DNA from: Verrucomicrobiota bacterium
Lineage (GTDB): Bacteria; Verrucomicrobiota; Verrucomicrobiia; Chthoniobacterales; Chthoniobacteraceae
Assembly (NCBI GenBank): GCA_037133875.1
Contig: JBAXNG010000005.1
Span: 117,486-181,485 of the forward strand
Length of the DNA: 64,000 nucleotides
Reading direction: 5' to 3'
The notes under the pieces were generated by a model, which had not been told where the DNA came from, made no database searches, and was given only the letters and a program-made list of their open reading frames with translations. Below are positions 45,424-54,544 of this stretch, one piece after another (the stretch's first letter is position 1; every line of letters begins with the position of its first letter). The translations under genes and the position numbers were made by a program.

Positions 45424-47838
45424 ATGAAAGCATCGATGCTCCCTGCTGATCTGAATCCCTTCCGTTTTGCGGTAGGCAAAATTTCTGCTGCTCTGATGTG
45501 TTTAGGGAGTGGCCTTTCCGTTGCTGAAGAAGCAGTAAAAGCGCCCGAACATCCGGGAGCAGCGATATATCGGAGGATGTGCGTCGACTGTCATGGGAAA
45601 CAAGGGGAGGGCGTTGCTGGAAAATACGACGACACACTTTCTGGTAACCGCAGTGTTTCAGGGCTGGCGCGTTTGATTTCAAAAACAATGCCGGAGGGCA
45701 AGGAGGGGACGTGTACCGGAGCAGATGCAGAGGCTGTCGCGTCCTACATTTACGATGCGTTTTATTCGCCGGCTGCACAGGCCCGGATTCGTCCGGTGCA
45801 GGAGAGTCTTTCGCACCTCACAGTTGCGCAGTATCAGAACTCAGTGGCGGATTTGATCGGGCGTTTTCGGCCCGGCTTTGATCGTCCGCCCGCTCAGGAG
45901 CGAGGACTTCGAGTATGGTTCACGGGAGTGGCTGTGCTGACGCCTGAAGAGGAGGCTGAGTACAAAGAGAAGGTGAATGAGGCGCAGAAGACGAAGAAAG
46001 ACAAACCACCCCGGAAGGAGTTTAAGTTCGATCGGATTGATTCGCAGGTTGCGGTGCATTTTGGAGCGGAAAGTCCCAATCCAAAAAAAATGGTGGCTGA
46101 AGAGTTCCGTGCGAATTGGGCTGGGTCAGTGATGGCACCGGAGACGGGTTTATATGAATTTGTGGCCAAGACTGAGAACGGGGTGCGAGTTTATGTAAAC
46201 AACTCCAAAGACCCAATAATAGACGCTTGGGTGAGTACAGGGGCGGAGGTGAGGGATGAAAAGAAGAGTCTTTTTTTGATCGGAGGACGTTCCTATCGCC
46301 TTGCAGTTGAATTCTTGAAATACAAGGACAAGAGCGCGTCGCTGGAGCTTTGGTGGAAAACGCCGCATGGTAACTTGGAGCTGATTCCACAGTCGCGGTT
46401 GATGCCACAAGAGGTGCGCCCGAACATGGTGGTGACCACCGCGATTCCGGCGGATGATCGCAGCGACGGTTATGAAAGGGGCACGTCTGTTTCCAAGGAG
46501 TGGGAGCAGGCCACAACGGCGATCGCGATTGAAGTGTCGGATCACGTCGACGCTGATCTGGACGGATTGGCGGGTACGAAGCCCGGGGCTCCAGATCGGC
46601 TTGAAAAGCTGAAGAATTTTTCCCGCCGGTTTGCGGAGACCGCATTTCGCAGGCCTTTGAGTGAAGATCAGAAGGCGGGTATTGTGGATCGTGCGTTTGA
46701 AAAGGCGCCGACTCCGGGATTAGCTGTGAAGCGAGTCGTGTTGCATACGCTAAAGTCGCCCCAGTTTATTTACCCGGAATTATCCAGTGGAGAGAAGGTG
46801 GACGATTTCACGGTGGCGTCCCGGCTGGCCCTGACGTTGTGGGATTCGATTCCGGATGCGGCTCTCACGAAGGCTGCAAGCGAAGGACGCTTGAAGACCA
46901 GGGAGCAGCTCGAAAAGGAAGTGAAACGGATGGTTGCCGATCAGCGCTGTAAAGCGAAGCTGAACGGATTCTTTCAAGTTTGGCTGGATCTTGAAAAAGC
47001 TGAACATGCTTCCAAGGATGCGAGTTTGTATCCGGAGTTTACGGAGGAAGTCCGTGCGGATTTACGGCAATCGTTAGCGTTATTTTTGGACGAGGTAGTT
47101 TGGGGTGAGAAGTCGGATTACCGGCAACTATTGCAGGCCGACTACCTGTGGTTGAACGACCGCCTCAGTCGTGTTTATGGAAAGCCAGTCGAAGGCGCGA
47201 GCTTTCAAAAGGTATCCATGGCTGAAGAGCACCGCTCGGGGGTGTTGACGCATCCGTATCTGTTATCGGCTTTTGCGTATAGCCGCACGAGTTCTCCCAT
47301 TCATCGTGGAGTGTTTCTCAGTCGGAGTATTGTCGGAGTGAATTTGAAGAACCCGTCGATTGCGGCTGCGTTTGAGGATGCGAAGTTTGACCCCTCGTTA
47401 ACCATGCGCGAGAAGGTCACATCAGTTACGAAAAACGCGTCCTGTGCAGGTTGTCATTCAGTCATCAATCCACTTGGGTTCACGTTGGAGCATTTTGATT
47501 CGCTCGGACGTTGGCGGACGGAAGACAATCACAAGCCTGTGGATTCAGTGGTCGATTTTGACGGGGAGGAAGGCGGCGTCGTTAAGTTTTCGGGAGCGGT
47601 GGATGTGGCGAATCACGCTGTGAAAAGTGCACACGCTCACGAGGCATTTGTGAGGCAGTTGTTTCATTATGTGGTGAAACAGCCGCCGGGCGCTTTTGGC
47701 AGCGAGACGCTGGAGCGCTTGAAATCGGATTTTGCAGCAAACGAATTTAATATTCGCAAGTTATTGGGGCGTGTGGTCCTCACTAAAGTTATGGACGGTA
47801 TGACGCCTGAATCTCCCAAGGTGGCAGGCGCGAACTAG
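45424..47838 (+). CDS. Heme-c / PA14-like / DUF1592-DUF1595-DUF1588-DUF1585-family multidomain protein
   Basis: ORF 45406-47838, ATG at 45424. CVDCHG heme motif. PA14-like block (FRANWAGSVMAPETGLYEFVAKTENGVRVYVNN...YRLAVEFLKY...LELWWKTPHG). C-terminal region typical of PSD-type proteins. Confidence 0.8.
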   Translation: MKASMLPADLNPFRFAVGKISAALMCLGSGLSVAEEAVKAPEHPGAAIYRRMCVDCHGKQGEGVAGKYDDTLSGNRSVSGLARLISKTMPEGKEGTCTGADAEAVASYIYDAFYSPAAQARIRPVQESLSHLTVAQYQNSVADLIGRFRPGFDRPPAQERGLRVWFTGVAVLTPEEEAEYKEKVNEAQKTKKDKPPRKEFKFDRIDSQVAVHFGAESPNPKKMVAEEFRANWAGSVMAPETGLYEFVAKTENGVRVYVNNSKDPIIDAWVSTGAEVRDEKKSLFLIGGRSYRLAVEFLKYKDKSASLELWWKTPHGNLELIPQSRLMPQEVRPNMVVTTAIPADDRSDGYERGTSVSKEWEQATTAIAIEVSDHVDADLDGLAGTKPGAPDRLEKLKNFSRRFAETAFRRPLSEDQKAGIVDRAFEKAPTPGLAVKRVVLHTLKSPQFIYPELSSGEKVDDFTVASRLALTLWDSIPDAALTKAASEGRLKTREQLEKEVKRMVADQRCKAKLNGFFQVWLDLEKAEHASKDASLYPEFTEEVRADLRQSLALFLDEVVWGEKSDYRQLLQADYLWLNDRLSRVYGKPVEGASFQKVSMAEEHRSGVLTHPYLLSAFAYSRTSSPIHRGVFLSRSIVGVNLKNPSIAAAFEDAKFDPSLTMREKVTSVTKNASCAGCHSVINPLGFTLEHFDSLGRWRTEDNHKPVDSVVDFDGEEGGVVKFSGAVDVANHAVKSAHAHEAFVRQLFHYVVKQPPGAFGSETLERLKSDFAANEFNIRKLLGRVVLTKVMDGMTPESPKVAGAN

Positions 47839-47878
47839 GCAGCGAATCTGACTTTCATTTCAAATATTTCCCCAGTTT

Positions 47879-49195
47879 ATGAACCATCTCAATCGCCGTG
47901 AGTTTCTACGCAACTTGGGAGTATCAGCCGCAGCGCTCCCGTTTTTGACGGGCTTGCCTAGTTTGACTGGTGCGGATGTGAGCCCGAGACGGAAGCGGCT
48001 CGTGATTATGTTTTCGCCCAATGGTACGTTGCCAAAGGAGTTCTGGCCGGACGAAGAGGGCGAAAATTTTCAGTTCAAGCCGATCCTCGATGCGCTCGGA
48101 CCGTTTAAGGCGCAGACCATGATTTTGCAGGGCGTCTTCAACAAAATTAAAGGCGACGGGGATCAGCACATGCGCGGCATGAGTTGTTTGTTAACCGCGA
48201 ATGGTTTGTTGCCGGGCAATGTTATGGGCGGAGGTGGGGCACCTGCGGGTTGGGCGAGTAGTATTTCGATTGATCAGGAGATTAAGAAATTCTTTCAAAC
48301 TCGTTCGGAAACGCGGACGCGATTTGGCTCTCTCGAGTTTGGTGTGGCTGTCCCCAATCGCGCGGATCCTTGGACACGGATGAGTTATCTTGGGCCCAAT
48401 CAGCCGGTGGCGCCGCTGGACGATCCGTATGGGATGTTTTCAAAGCTGTATGGGCAGATGAAAGACAAAGAAAGTCTGCTGAGTATTTTGGACGATGTGA
48501 AAGAGGATCTCCGCAAGGTCTCGGCGAAACTGAGCACCCACGACAAACAGTTGCTTGAACAGCATGCGTCGTTGGTGAGGAGTTTTGAATCCGAGCTCAA
48601 GGCGCCGCCGGATAAATCAATCCAGCACCCGATGCCCCCGTTGGATCCAGGGATTGAGTTGGTGAACGATAATACACCGAAGATTAGCAGGATGCAGATT
48701 AACCTGTTGGTGAACGCGCTTGCTAATGACATGGCGCGGGTTGCAACACTGCAATACATGCGGAGTGTCGGCGGGGCCCAGATGCGCTGGTTGGGAGTGG
48801 AGGAAGGACACCATGGCCTTTCCCATGATCCGGACGATAACAAAGATTCGTACGCGAAACTTTTGAAGATCAACCAGTGGTTTGCAGGGGAGTTTGCGTA
48901 TATGGCGCAGCGTTTGTCAGAAACTCCGGAACCGTTTGGAACGGGTTCGATGCTGGATAATACCCTCCTGATTTGGACGAACGAATTAGGGAAAGGCAAT
49001 TCCCATACGCTTGATAATATCCCCCTCGTGATGATCGGGGGCGGCGCAGATTTCAAAATGGGGCGTTCGCTCAAGCTGGATAAAGTTGCGCATAACAGGC
49101 TGTGGTTGTCAGTTGCGCAGGGACTGGGGCACCACGAACTGGCGAGCTTTGGGCAGGCGGACTTATGCGCGGAAGGTCCTTTGCCTTTGGGCTAA
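47879..49195 (+). CDS. DUF1552 (HXXSHH) protein with twin-arginine-type leader
   Basis: NRREFLRNLGVSAAALPF leader and EEGHHGLSHDPDD motif. Lies 40 nt downstream of the DUF1592-family gene. Confidence 0.85.
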   Translation: MNHLNRREFLRNLGVSAAALPFLTGLPSLTGADVSPRRKRLVIMFSPNGTLPKEFWPDEEGENFQFKPILDALGPFKAQTMILQGVFNKIKGDGDQHMRGMSCLLTANGLLPGNVMGGGGAPAGWASSISIDQEIKKFFQTRSETRTRFGSLEFGVAVPNRADPWTRMSYLGPNQPVAPLDDPYGMFSKLYGQMKDKESLLSILDDVKEDLRKVSAKLSTHDKQLLEQHASLVRSFESELKAPPDKSIQHPMPPLDPGIELVNDNTPKISRMQINLLVNALANDMARVATLQYMRSVGGAQMRWLGVEEGHHGLSHDPDDNKDSYAKLLKINQWFAGEFAYMAQRLSETPEPFGTGSMLDNTLLIWTNELGKGNSHTLDNIPLVMIGGGADFKMGRSLKLDKVAHNRLWLSVAQGLGHHELASFGQADLCAEGPLPLG

Positions 49196-49207
49196 GGGCA
49201 TCGCGGC

Positions 49208-49774
49208 TTATCGGACGAGAATCCCTTTGAGGACAACTCTGCCGTTTGAGCTCATGTTGAATGCGCCTTTTACTGCGATTCTCTGGCCGATACGGAAGAA
49301 GACTTTGGTTTCGACATTTTTGCCGTCGGACTGGGATCTCTGATATCTGCTGAGAAGAAGGTCATTCCCTTGGCGGGTTAATCGCATGGATGCAGCGTTC
49401 GCGTAAGCTTGTTTTAAACTCACTTCACAGCGCAGCGTGCCGTCGAGGATTACCGAAAGCTGCATCGGGTCGCTGATGGAAATGTCTAGAGTCGTAACTT
49501 CACCGCGGACAATTGCGGTCTTTGGGAGAGTCGGGAGCGCCTTTAATTCGTCGATGGAGTAGGCCTGATAGTCGTTGGCGGAGGGGCTGGGTGAACCTTG
49601 GTTTAAAGGGTTGCCTCCAGTGTTTTCCATAGCCGAAGTTGCCGCGTTGCCGGGAGTTCGTACACGCTGGGGGGAGTCGGATTCGTCAGGAAAAAGAGAA
49701 ATGTCGGTAGGTCTTTCGCAGGCAACTAATGACGCCAGAAGTAAAAACGAAAGGGAACGGCAGGTACGAGGCAT
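49208..49774 (-). CDS. Hypothetical lipoprotein
   Basis: Lipobox LLLASLVAC after a basic N-terminus. No family recognised. Confidence 0.55.
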   Translation of the reverse strand: MPRTCRSLSFLLLASLVACERPTDISLFPDESDSPQRVRTPGNAATSAMENTGGNPLNQGSPSPSANDYQAYSIDELKALPTLPKTAIVRGEVTTLDISISDPMQLSVILDGTLRCEVSLKQAYANAASMRLTRQGNDLLLSRYQRSQSDGKNVETKVFFRIGQRIAVKGAFNMSSNGRVVLKGILVR

Positions 49775-49926
49775 TGGCGCGAATCTAAATGGCAGTCTCG
49801 TGGATTATCAACCTGGATTCGTATGATGTGCGTTGAGGATTGAAGGCTTCGCAGGTGCGCAGTTTGAGGGGAGTAATTCGCAAACAAGGGGTAGATTCAA
49901 AAGGGACTGCAGTTCAGTGTGCGTGA

Positions 49927-50706
49927 ATGCGAATTTGGGTTTTATGGTGTTTGGTTATAGCGAGCTGGATACTGGTTCTGCCCGTTCGTGGCGAAGAAAC
50001 GGGCTTGGGCAAACTGGACTTCAATTCCTATATGGAGGGGCGCCATGTTTTTGAACGAAACTGTGCTGTTTGCCACGGTGCCAGAGGGGATGGAAAAGGC
50101 GAATTGGGTGAGACATTGTTGCCCAAGCCGCGTTCGTTTCGTGAAGGGATGTTCAAGTTTCGTACGACTCCTTGGGGGACACTTCCGACGGATGATGACC
50201 TGCGGCGCACGATTTCTGGCGGACTCAGCGGGACGGCGATGGGCATGTTTTCACACTTGTCTGGGCAAGAGCTAGAGGCGGTCATAGTTTATGTGAAGGC
50301 CTTTTCGAGGCGTTGGCGCAATGCGGATAACTATGCTGCCTCCCTGAGTTTTCCGCAGCAGCCGGCTTGGTTTAATGACCCAAGGCTACAGCGGGATCAT
50401 GTGCAAAGCGGGCAGCAGGTTTTCGCTGCAAATTGCATGACGTGCCATGGCGCAGCAGCGGATGGAAAAGGTGAGGCTGCAGCTGCACTAAAAGATATTT
50501 GGGGAGAGGTCGCGGTGCCGTCGGATTTGCGTCAACCGCACCTGCGTTGTGGAGATGCACCGGGCGATATTTATCGAATCCTCGCGACTGGGCTGAATGG
50601 CACACCGATGGTGAGTTTCGGTCCAGTTCTAACGGAGGATCAGCGTTGGGACGTGATTGCGTTTATTCTCAGTCTTCGGTTGCCTGCGGGGCCTGTGGTG
50701 AATTGA
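49927..50706 (+). CDS. Di-heme c-type cytochrome, secreted
   Basis: Signal peptide. Two CxxCH motifs (CAVCHG, CMTCHG), each followed by Met-containing distal-ligand regions. Confidence 0.8.
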   Translation: MRIWVLWCLVIASWILVLPVRGEETGLGKLDFNSYMEGRHVFERNCAVCHGARGDGKGELGETLLPKPRSFREGMFKFRTTPWGTLPTDDDLRRTISGGLSGTAMGMFSHLSGQELEAVIVYVKAFSRRWRNADNYAASLSFPQQPAWFNDPRLQRDHVQSGQQVFAANCMTCHGAAADGKGEAAAALKDIWGEVAVPSDLRQPHLRCGDAPGDIYRILATGLNGTPMVSFGPVLTEDQRWDVIAFILSLRLPAGPVVN

Positions 50707-50757
50707 GGCAACAGGAGCGGAGTTGGCCTGGACCGACAGAGGTGGCCCGAAGTCCCT

Positions 50758-51978
50758 TTATTTTGGAGGCCAGGAGTATTCGCCAGCGTCGAAAGTCATC
50801 AGTCTCCCTGGTTGGCGTAGTCGGTATTCTTCAACCACACTGCCATCGCTTTGGAATAGGACGAGCTGTGGCTGGTTGAGGTCATGCCCCAGAACGGCCC
50901 AGCGAAGGCGTGGTGTGTCGGAGAGGCGACGGAGGGGGAGCCCATCGGAGGTCTTTAATGAGCTGCCTTCGGCGTCGGTTGAGACGGTGAGGCCGATGGT
51001 GGTGGTTGTGTCGCCGAGAAGCGTATTGGGTTGGGTTTTTACCGAGACCTTTGCGGCGCCAACGAACGGTTTTGCGCGCCCCAAACGGTTAGCAACATCC
51101 GAGAATTGGGCGGCGGGCCAACGGTTTTTTTCCAGAAAGGTTTCCCATGTCGGTCCGGTTTGCTGTGCGCCTGAGTCTGCCTTTCGGCGGAGTCCTCGAA
51201 GCCTCCACCGGTCGCCGTCTTTTTCGAGAAGAAAAACCTCATCGCGTTCCAAGGATGCGGCTATGGCGACTGGAACCGGCTCGCCAGCTCCGATGGTAAG
51301 GCGTCGGGCGACTTCGCCATTGGATTCCAGTTGTACAACGATGGGTTCTCCTTGAACCTTTTCGATAGCCCACTGGGTGCCGTCCCGGCCTGGACAGGAA
51401 AGGGGTTCCGGGCCGATGTTGGACGAATTTGGAAGTGCAGGGGCATCCTCGATTCGCAGAGCTCCATCGGTGAGGGAATGTTTGAATTTCCAGCTTTTCC
51501 CGGCGGCATCCGATCCGATCAGACTGACATTGCCGCCTTCGATGGCGATGCGGTGAAACAGTACGGGACGCGGCCCATCTTCAGCCGAGACCCAGTCGTT
51601 ACAATGGAATGCTTCTCCGGTGAGTTCGAGGTCGCCCACTGCGAGTCCTCGAACCTTGTATTTTCCGCTGGGCACGGGCGCGCCGCTGTCGTCTTTGCCG
51701 TCCCAAGTCGTAATCAGGCCGTTGAGCCCGGTGGAAAAGTCGGACTGCGTGGCTTCGCTGTGGAGTGTTCGTACGAGTTTCCCAGAGCGATCGTAAATCC
51801 CGACACTCAGTGTGCCTTCAATAGGGGGCGGCAGAAATGTGATCCGTGTCGTGTTGGATTTGGCCGGGGGCGAGTTTTCCTGTGCGAACAGGAGCGGGGG
51901 AAAAAGAGCGATCGCCAGGAGAACGGTCGAACCGACAAACGAAAGCGGGCTGCGGAGCAGACTCGAGCGGTTAAGCAT
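50758..51978 (-). CDS. Secreted hypothetical protein with FlgD-Ig-like domain
   Basis: ORF 50758-52044; ATG 51978 gives a signal peptide. GTLSVGIYDRSGKLVRTL...WDGKDDSGAPVPSGKYKVRG resembles FlgD Ig-like / T9SS-type sandwich domains. The start overlaps the GH57 stop by 8 nt. Confidence 0.6.
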   Translation of the reverse strand: MLNRSSLLRSPLSFVGSTVLLAIALFPPLLFAQENSPPAKSNTTRITFLPPPIEGTLSVGIYDRSGKLVRTLHSEATQSDFSTGLNGLITTWDGKDDSGAPVPSGKYKVRGLAVGDLELTGEAFHCNDWVSAEDGPRPVLFHRIAIEGGNVSLIGSDAAGKSWKFKHSLTDGALRIEDAPALPNSSNIGPEPLSCPGRDGTQWAIEKVQGEPIVVQLESNGEVARRLTIGAGEPVPVAIAASLERDEVFLLEKDGDRWRLRGLRRKADSGAQQTGPTWETFLEKNRWPAAQFSDVANRLGRAKPFVGAAKVSVKTQPNTLLGDTTTTIGLTVSTDAEGSSLKTSDGLPLRRLSDTPRLRWAVLGHDLNQPQLVLFQSDGSVVEEYRLRQPGRLMTFDAGEYSWPPK

Positions 51979-53554
51979 AATAGCGCCAGTTGAGGGTTGG
52001 GAAGATGTTGTCCCGCGACTCGCAGTTTTGGAGGAAGCCCTCATCCATTGTGTTTGCAGAGATCAGTTCGTAGAGCCGGGTGAATCGGTGAATGTGGTCG
52101 TGAGTCCGCTTTGTGGCGTATTCGCGGGCTGTTCCTGTTTTCATGAGGAACGCCCAATCGCTGGATTGCGCGAGGAGTAGCTCACGAGCGGTTTGGGCGA
52201 GGGCTCGTTCGAGTTGAGGCGACGAAGTGTGAAGGTGACGCCGTGCGAGCTCAGTCATTCGGCGAGCGGCTGTGTGGAGGTGGGGATAAATCCACGCGTT
52301 TGATTCTTCGAGCCACACTTCCCAATAGCCTTTGTGGCCCCAACTGGACGCAGTGGGGGCGACCAATTGGTGTGTGTCGTTTTCTAAAAGATACTGGGAG
52401 GGCGTTGTTAGTTTGAAGTCCTGTTGGTCGTAAGCGGCTTTTCGAATGAGCCAGTTGAGCCACTCCGGGCCTTCAAACCACCAGTGTCCGAACAGCTCCG
52501 CATCAAATGGACTGAGAACAATCGGCGGCACGTTCATGTGGGCCCGCAGATCTGCGATTTGGCGGCGTCGGGCAGCGAGGAAATCGTTAGCGTGGTGGTC
52601 AGCCGCTCCAAGTGCCCAGTCGCGGCGGTAGAGATCCTTTTCGGTCGTTGGGCCTGTGATGCGGTGATATTTGAGGCCGGTAAACCGTCGATTGTTGTTT
52701 CCGAAGAAGGGCCGCAGTGAATCGAGAGGCAGGTCGAAACCGATGTCGCGATAAAAGTCACGGTAAGCTGGGTCGCCAGGATAACCCTCCTCGGCGCTCC
52801 ATACTTGGCGGCTTGAATCACGGTCGCGTCCAAAAGCGGCCGGACCTTCGGGGGTAAAACAAGGCGCGTAGATTGCGTAGCGTGGTCTGGGGCTGCCGAA
52901 CATCAGACCGTGGGCGTCGATGACGAACCAGCGGAGATTGGCTTCCCTGAGGATGCGGTCTAAGCCTGGAACATAGGCGCATTCAGGTAGCCAGATTCCA
53001 GACGGATCTTTTCCGAAGCACTCGCGGTAATGATCCCGGCCGATCAGGACTTGGGCGCGCATGGCTTCCGGGGTTACCTCCATGAGGGGGAGGAAACCGT
53101 GCGTGGCTGCGCATGTGATAATTTCCAGAAATCCCGCCTGGGCGAAGGAACCGAACGCGGCGACGAGATCCTGTTTCCAACGATAATGCCAAGCGTGGCG
53201 GGTGGCCTCGAGGCGGTCTCGATAAAAGGTTGCGAGGGGTTCGAGCTGAGGGTTGCCTTTGGTGCGTTCGACTTCCCGGTGTGTGAGATCGATGAGGCGG
53301 TCGAGGTGGTTTGTATAACGCGCTTGCAGGAGAGAATCCCGCAGCATGTGGCAGAGCGGGGGCGTCAGCGTTAATGCGAAGCTTGCGGGGACAGAGTCGC
53401 GGGCAAGGCCGTCCAGGATTTCCAGAAGCGGAAGGTAAGTTTCTGTGATCGCTTCAAACAACCAGTCCTCTTCGAGGAAAGACTCATGTTCCGGATGCCG
53501 AACATAAGGGAGGTGAGCGTGTAAAACGAGAGACAGATAACCGTTGGGTGCCAT
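51971..53554 (-). CDS. Glycoside hydrolase family 57 alpha-glucan branching enzyme (GH57 + DUF1957)
   Basis: GYLSLVLHAHLPYVRHPEHESFLEEDWLFEAITETYLPLL, FGHWWFEG, and WGHKGYWEVW in the C-terminal domain. Confidence 0.8.
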   Translation of the reverse strand: MAPNGYLSLVLHAHLPYVRHPEHESFLEEDWLFEAITETYLPLLEILDGLARDSVPASFALTLTPPLCHMLRDSLLQARYTNHLDRLIDLTHREVERTKGNPQLEPLATFYRDRLEATRHAWHYRWKQDLVAAFGSFAQAGFLEIITCAATHGFLPLMEVTPEAMRAQVLIGRDHYRECFGKDPSGIWLPECAYVPGLDRILREANLRWFVIDAHGLMFGSPRPRYAIYAPCFTPEGPAAFGRDRDSSRQVWSAEEGYPGDPAYRDFYRDIGFDLPLDSLRPFFGNNNRRFTGLKYHRITGPTTEKDLYRRDWALGAADHHANDFLAARRRQIADLRAHMNVPPIVLSPFDAELFGHWWFEGPEWLNWLIRKAAYDQQDFKLTTPSQYLLENDTHQLVAPTASSWGHKGYWEVWLEESNAWIYPHLHTAARRMTELARRHLHTSSPQLERALAQTARELLLAQSSDWAFLMKTGTAREYATKRTHDHIHRFTRLYELISANTMDEGFLQNCESRDNIFPTLNWRYYA

Positions 53555-53613
53555 GACGCTAACGAGTGGAGTGTTCGGGGGGGGCGAGGGGCGACATTCG
53601 GCCGGGGCAACGG

Positions 53614-54402
53614 TTACGCTACGTGTTCGAGTGGACGAACGGGGATGGCTTGTGTGGCGAGGTAGGTTTTGACATCCCCGACTGTGTATTGACCGAAGTG
53701 AAAGACGCTGGCGGCGAGCACGGCATCGGCTTTGCCGGCGATAAGAACTTCCGCCATGTGTTCGAGTTTTCCTGCACCGCCACTCGCAACAACGGGGACG
53801 CCCACTTCTTCACTGACTCGTTTTGTGATGACGCAGTCGTAGCCGGCTTTGGTGCCGTCGGCGTCGATGGAGTTTAGAACGATTTCACCGGCACCCAGTT
53901 TCCAGGCGCGTACAGCCCATTCGACGGCATCGAGACCGGTGGCTTTGCGGCCTCCGTGGGAGTGGACTTCCCATCGATCCGGGGCGACGCGTTTTGCGTC
54001 GATGGAGAGGACGATGCATTGGGAGCCGAAGCGTTCTGCGCCTGCAGAGATGAGGGCTGGGTCGGAGAGTGCGCTGGAATTAATACTGATTTTGTCGGCA
54101 CCGGCCTGAAGCATGGTTCGCATGTCTTCGACGGTTCGGATGCCACCGCCGACGGTGAGGGGCATGAAGCATTGGGAGGCGGTGCGCTCGATGACATCGA
54201 TCATGGAGGTGCGTCCATGAGCGGAAGCGGTGATGTCAAAGAAGACCATTTCGTCAGCGCCCTGGTTGTTGTAGCGGAGAGCGAGTTCGACGGGATCGCC
54301 GACATTGCGAAGGCCTCCGTCTTCGGCGCGGCCGAATTGAATGCCACGGGTGACTTTTCCGTCGTGAACGTCGAGGCAGGGGATAACGCGCTTAGTGAGC
54401 AT
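53614..54402 (-). CDS. hisF: Imidazole glycerol phosphate synthase cyclase subunit
   Basis: ORF 53614-54591, ATG at 54402. [34 protein letters not shown]. Confidence 0.95.
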   Translation of the reverse strand: MLTKRVIPCLDVHDGKVTRGIQFGRAEDGGLRNVGDPVELALRYNNQGADEMVFFDITASAHGRTSMIDVIERTASQCFMPLTVGGGIRTVEDMRTMLQAGADKISINSSALSDPALISAGAERFGSQCIVLSIDAKRVAPDRWEVHSHGGRKATGLDAVEWAVRAWKLGAGEIVLNSIDADGTKAGYDCVITKRVSEEVGVPVVASGGAGKLEHMAEVLIAGKADAVLAASVFHFGQYTVGDVKTYLATQAIPVRPLEHVA

Positions 54403-54544
54403 GAGAGATAAAGAGAGATAAAAGGGGTTGCCTAGGACAAATGGAGGTGGAGGAGAGTCAGGAGTAAAGTTCGTTAAAAAAGTAAAAGGGTTGCTCCGGA
54501 TAGATCCAACGCATACCACAGACACGAATCTGGATTCTGAAATT

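Noticed and set aside
46083-46090. A8 tract in the DUF1592-family gene as a phase-variation site
   Set aside because: An identical-length A8 run occurs in housekeeping lpxD (26426-26433), so A8 is not exceptional here. Only the G9 tract was kept as a finding.
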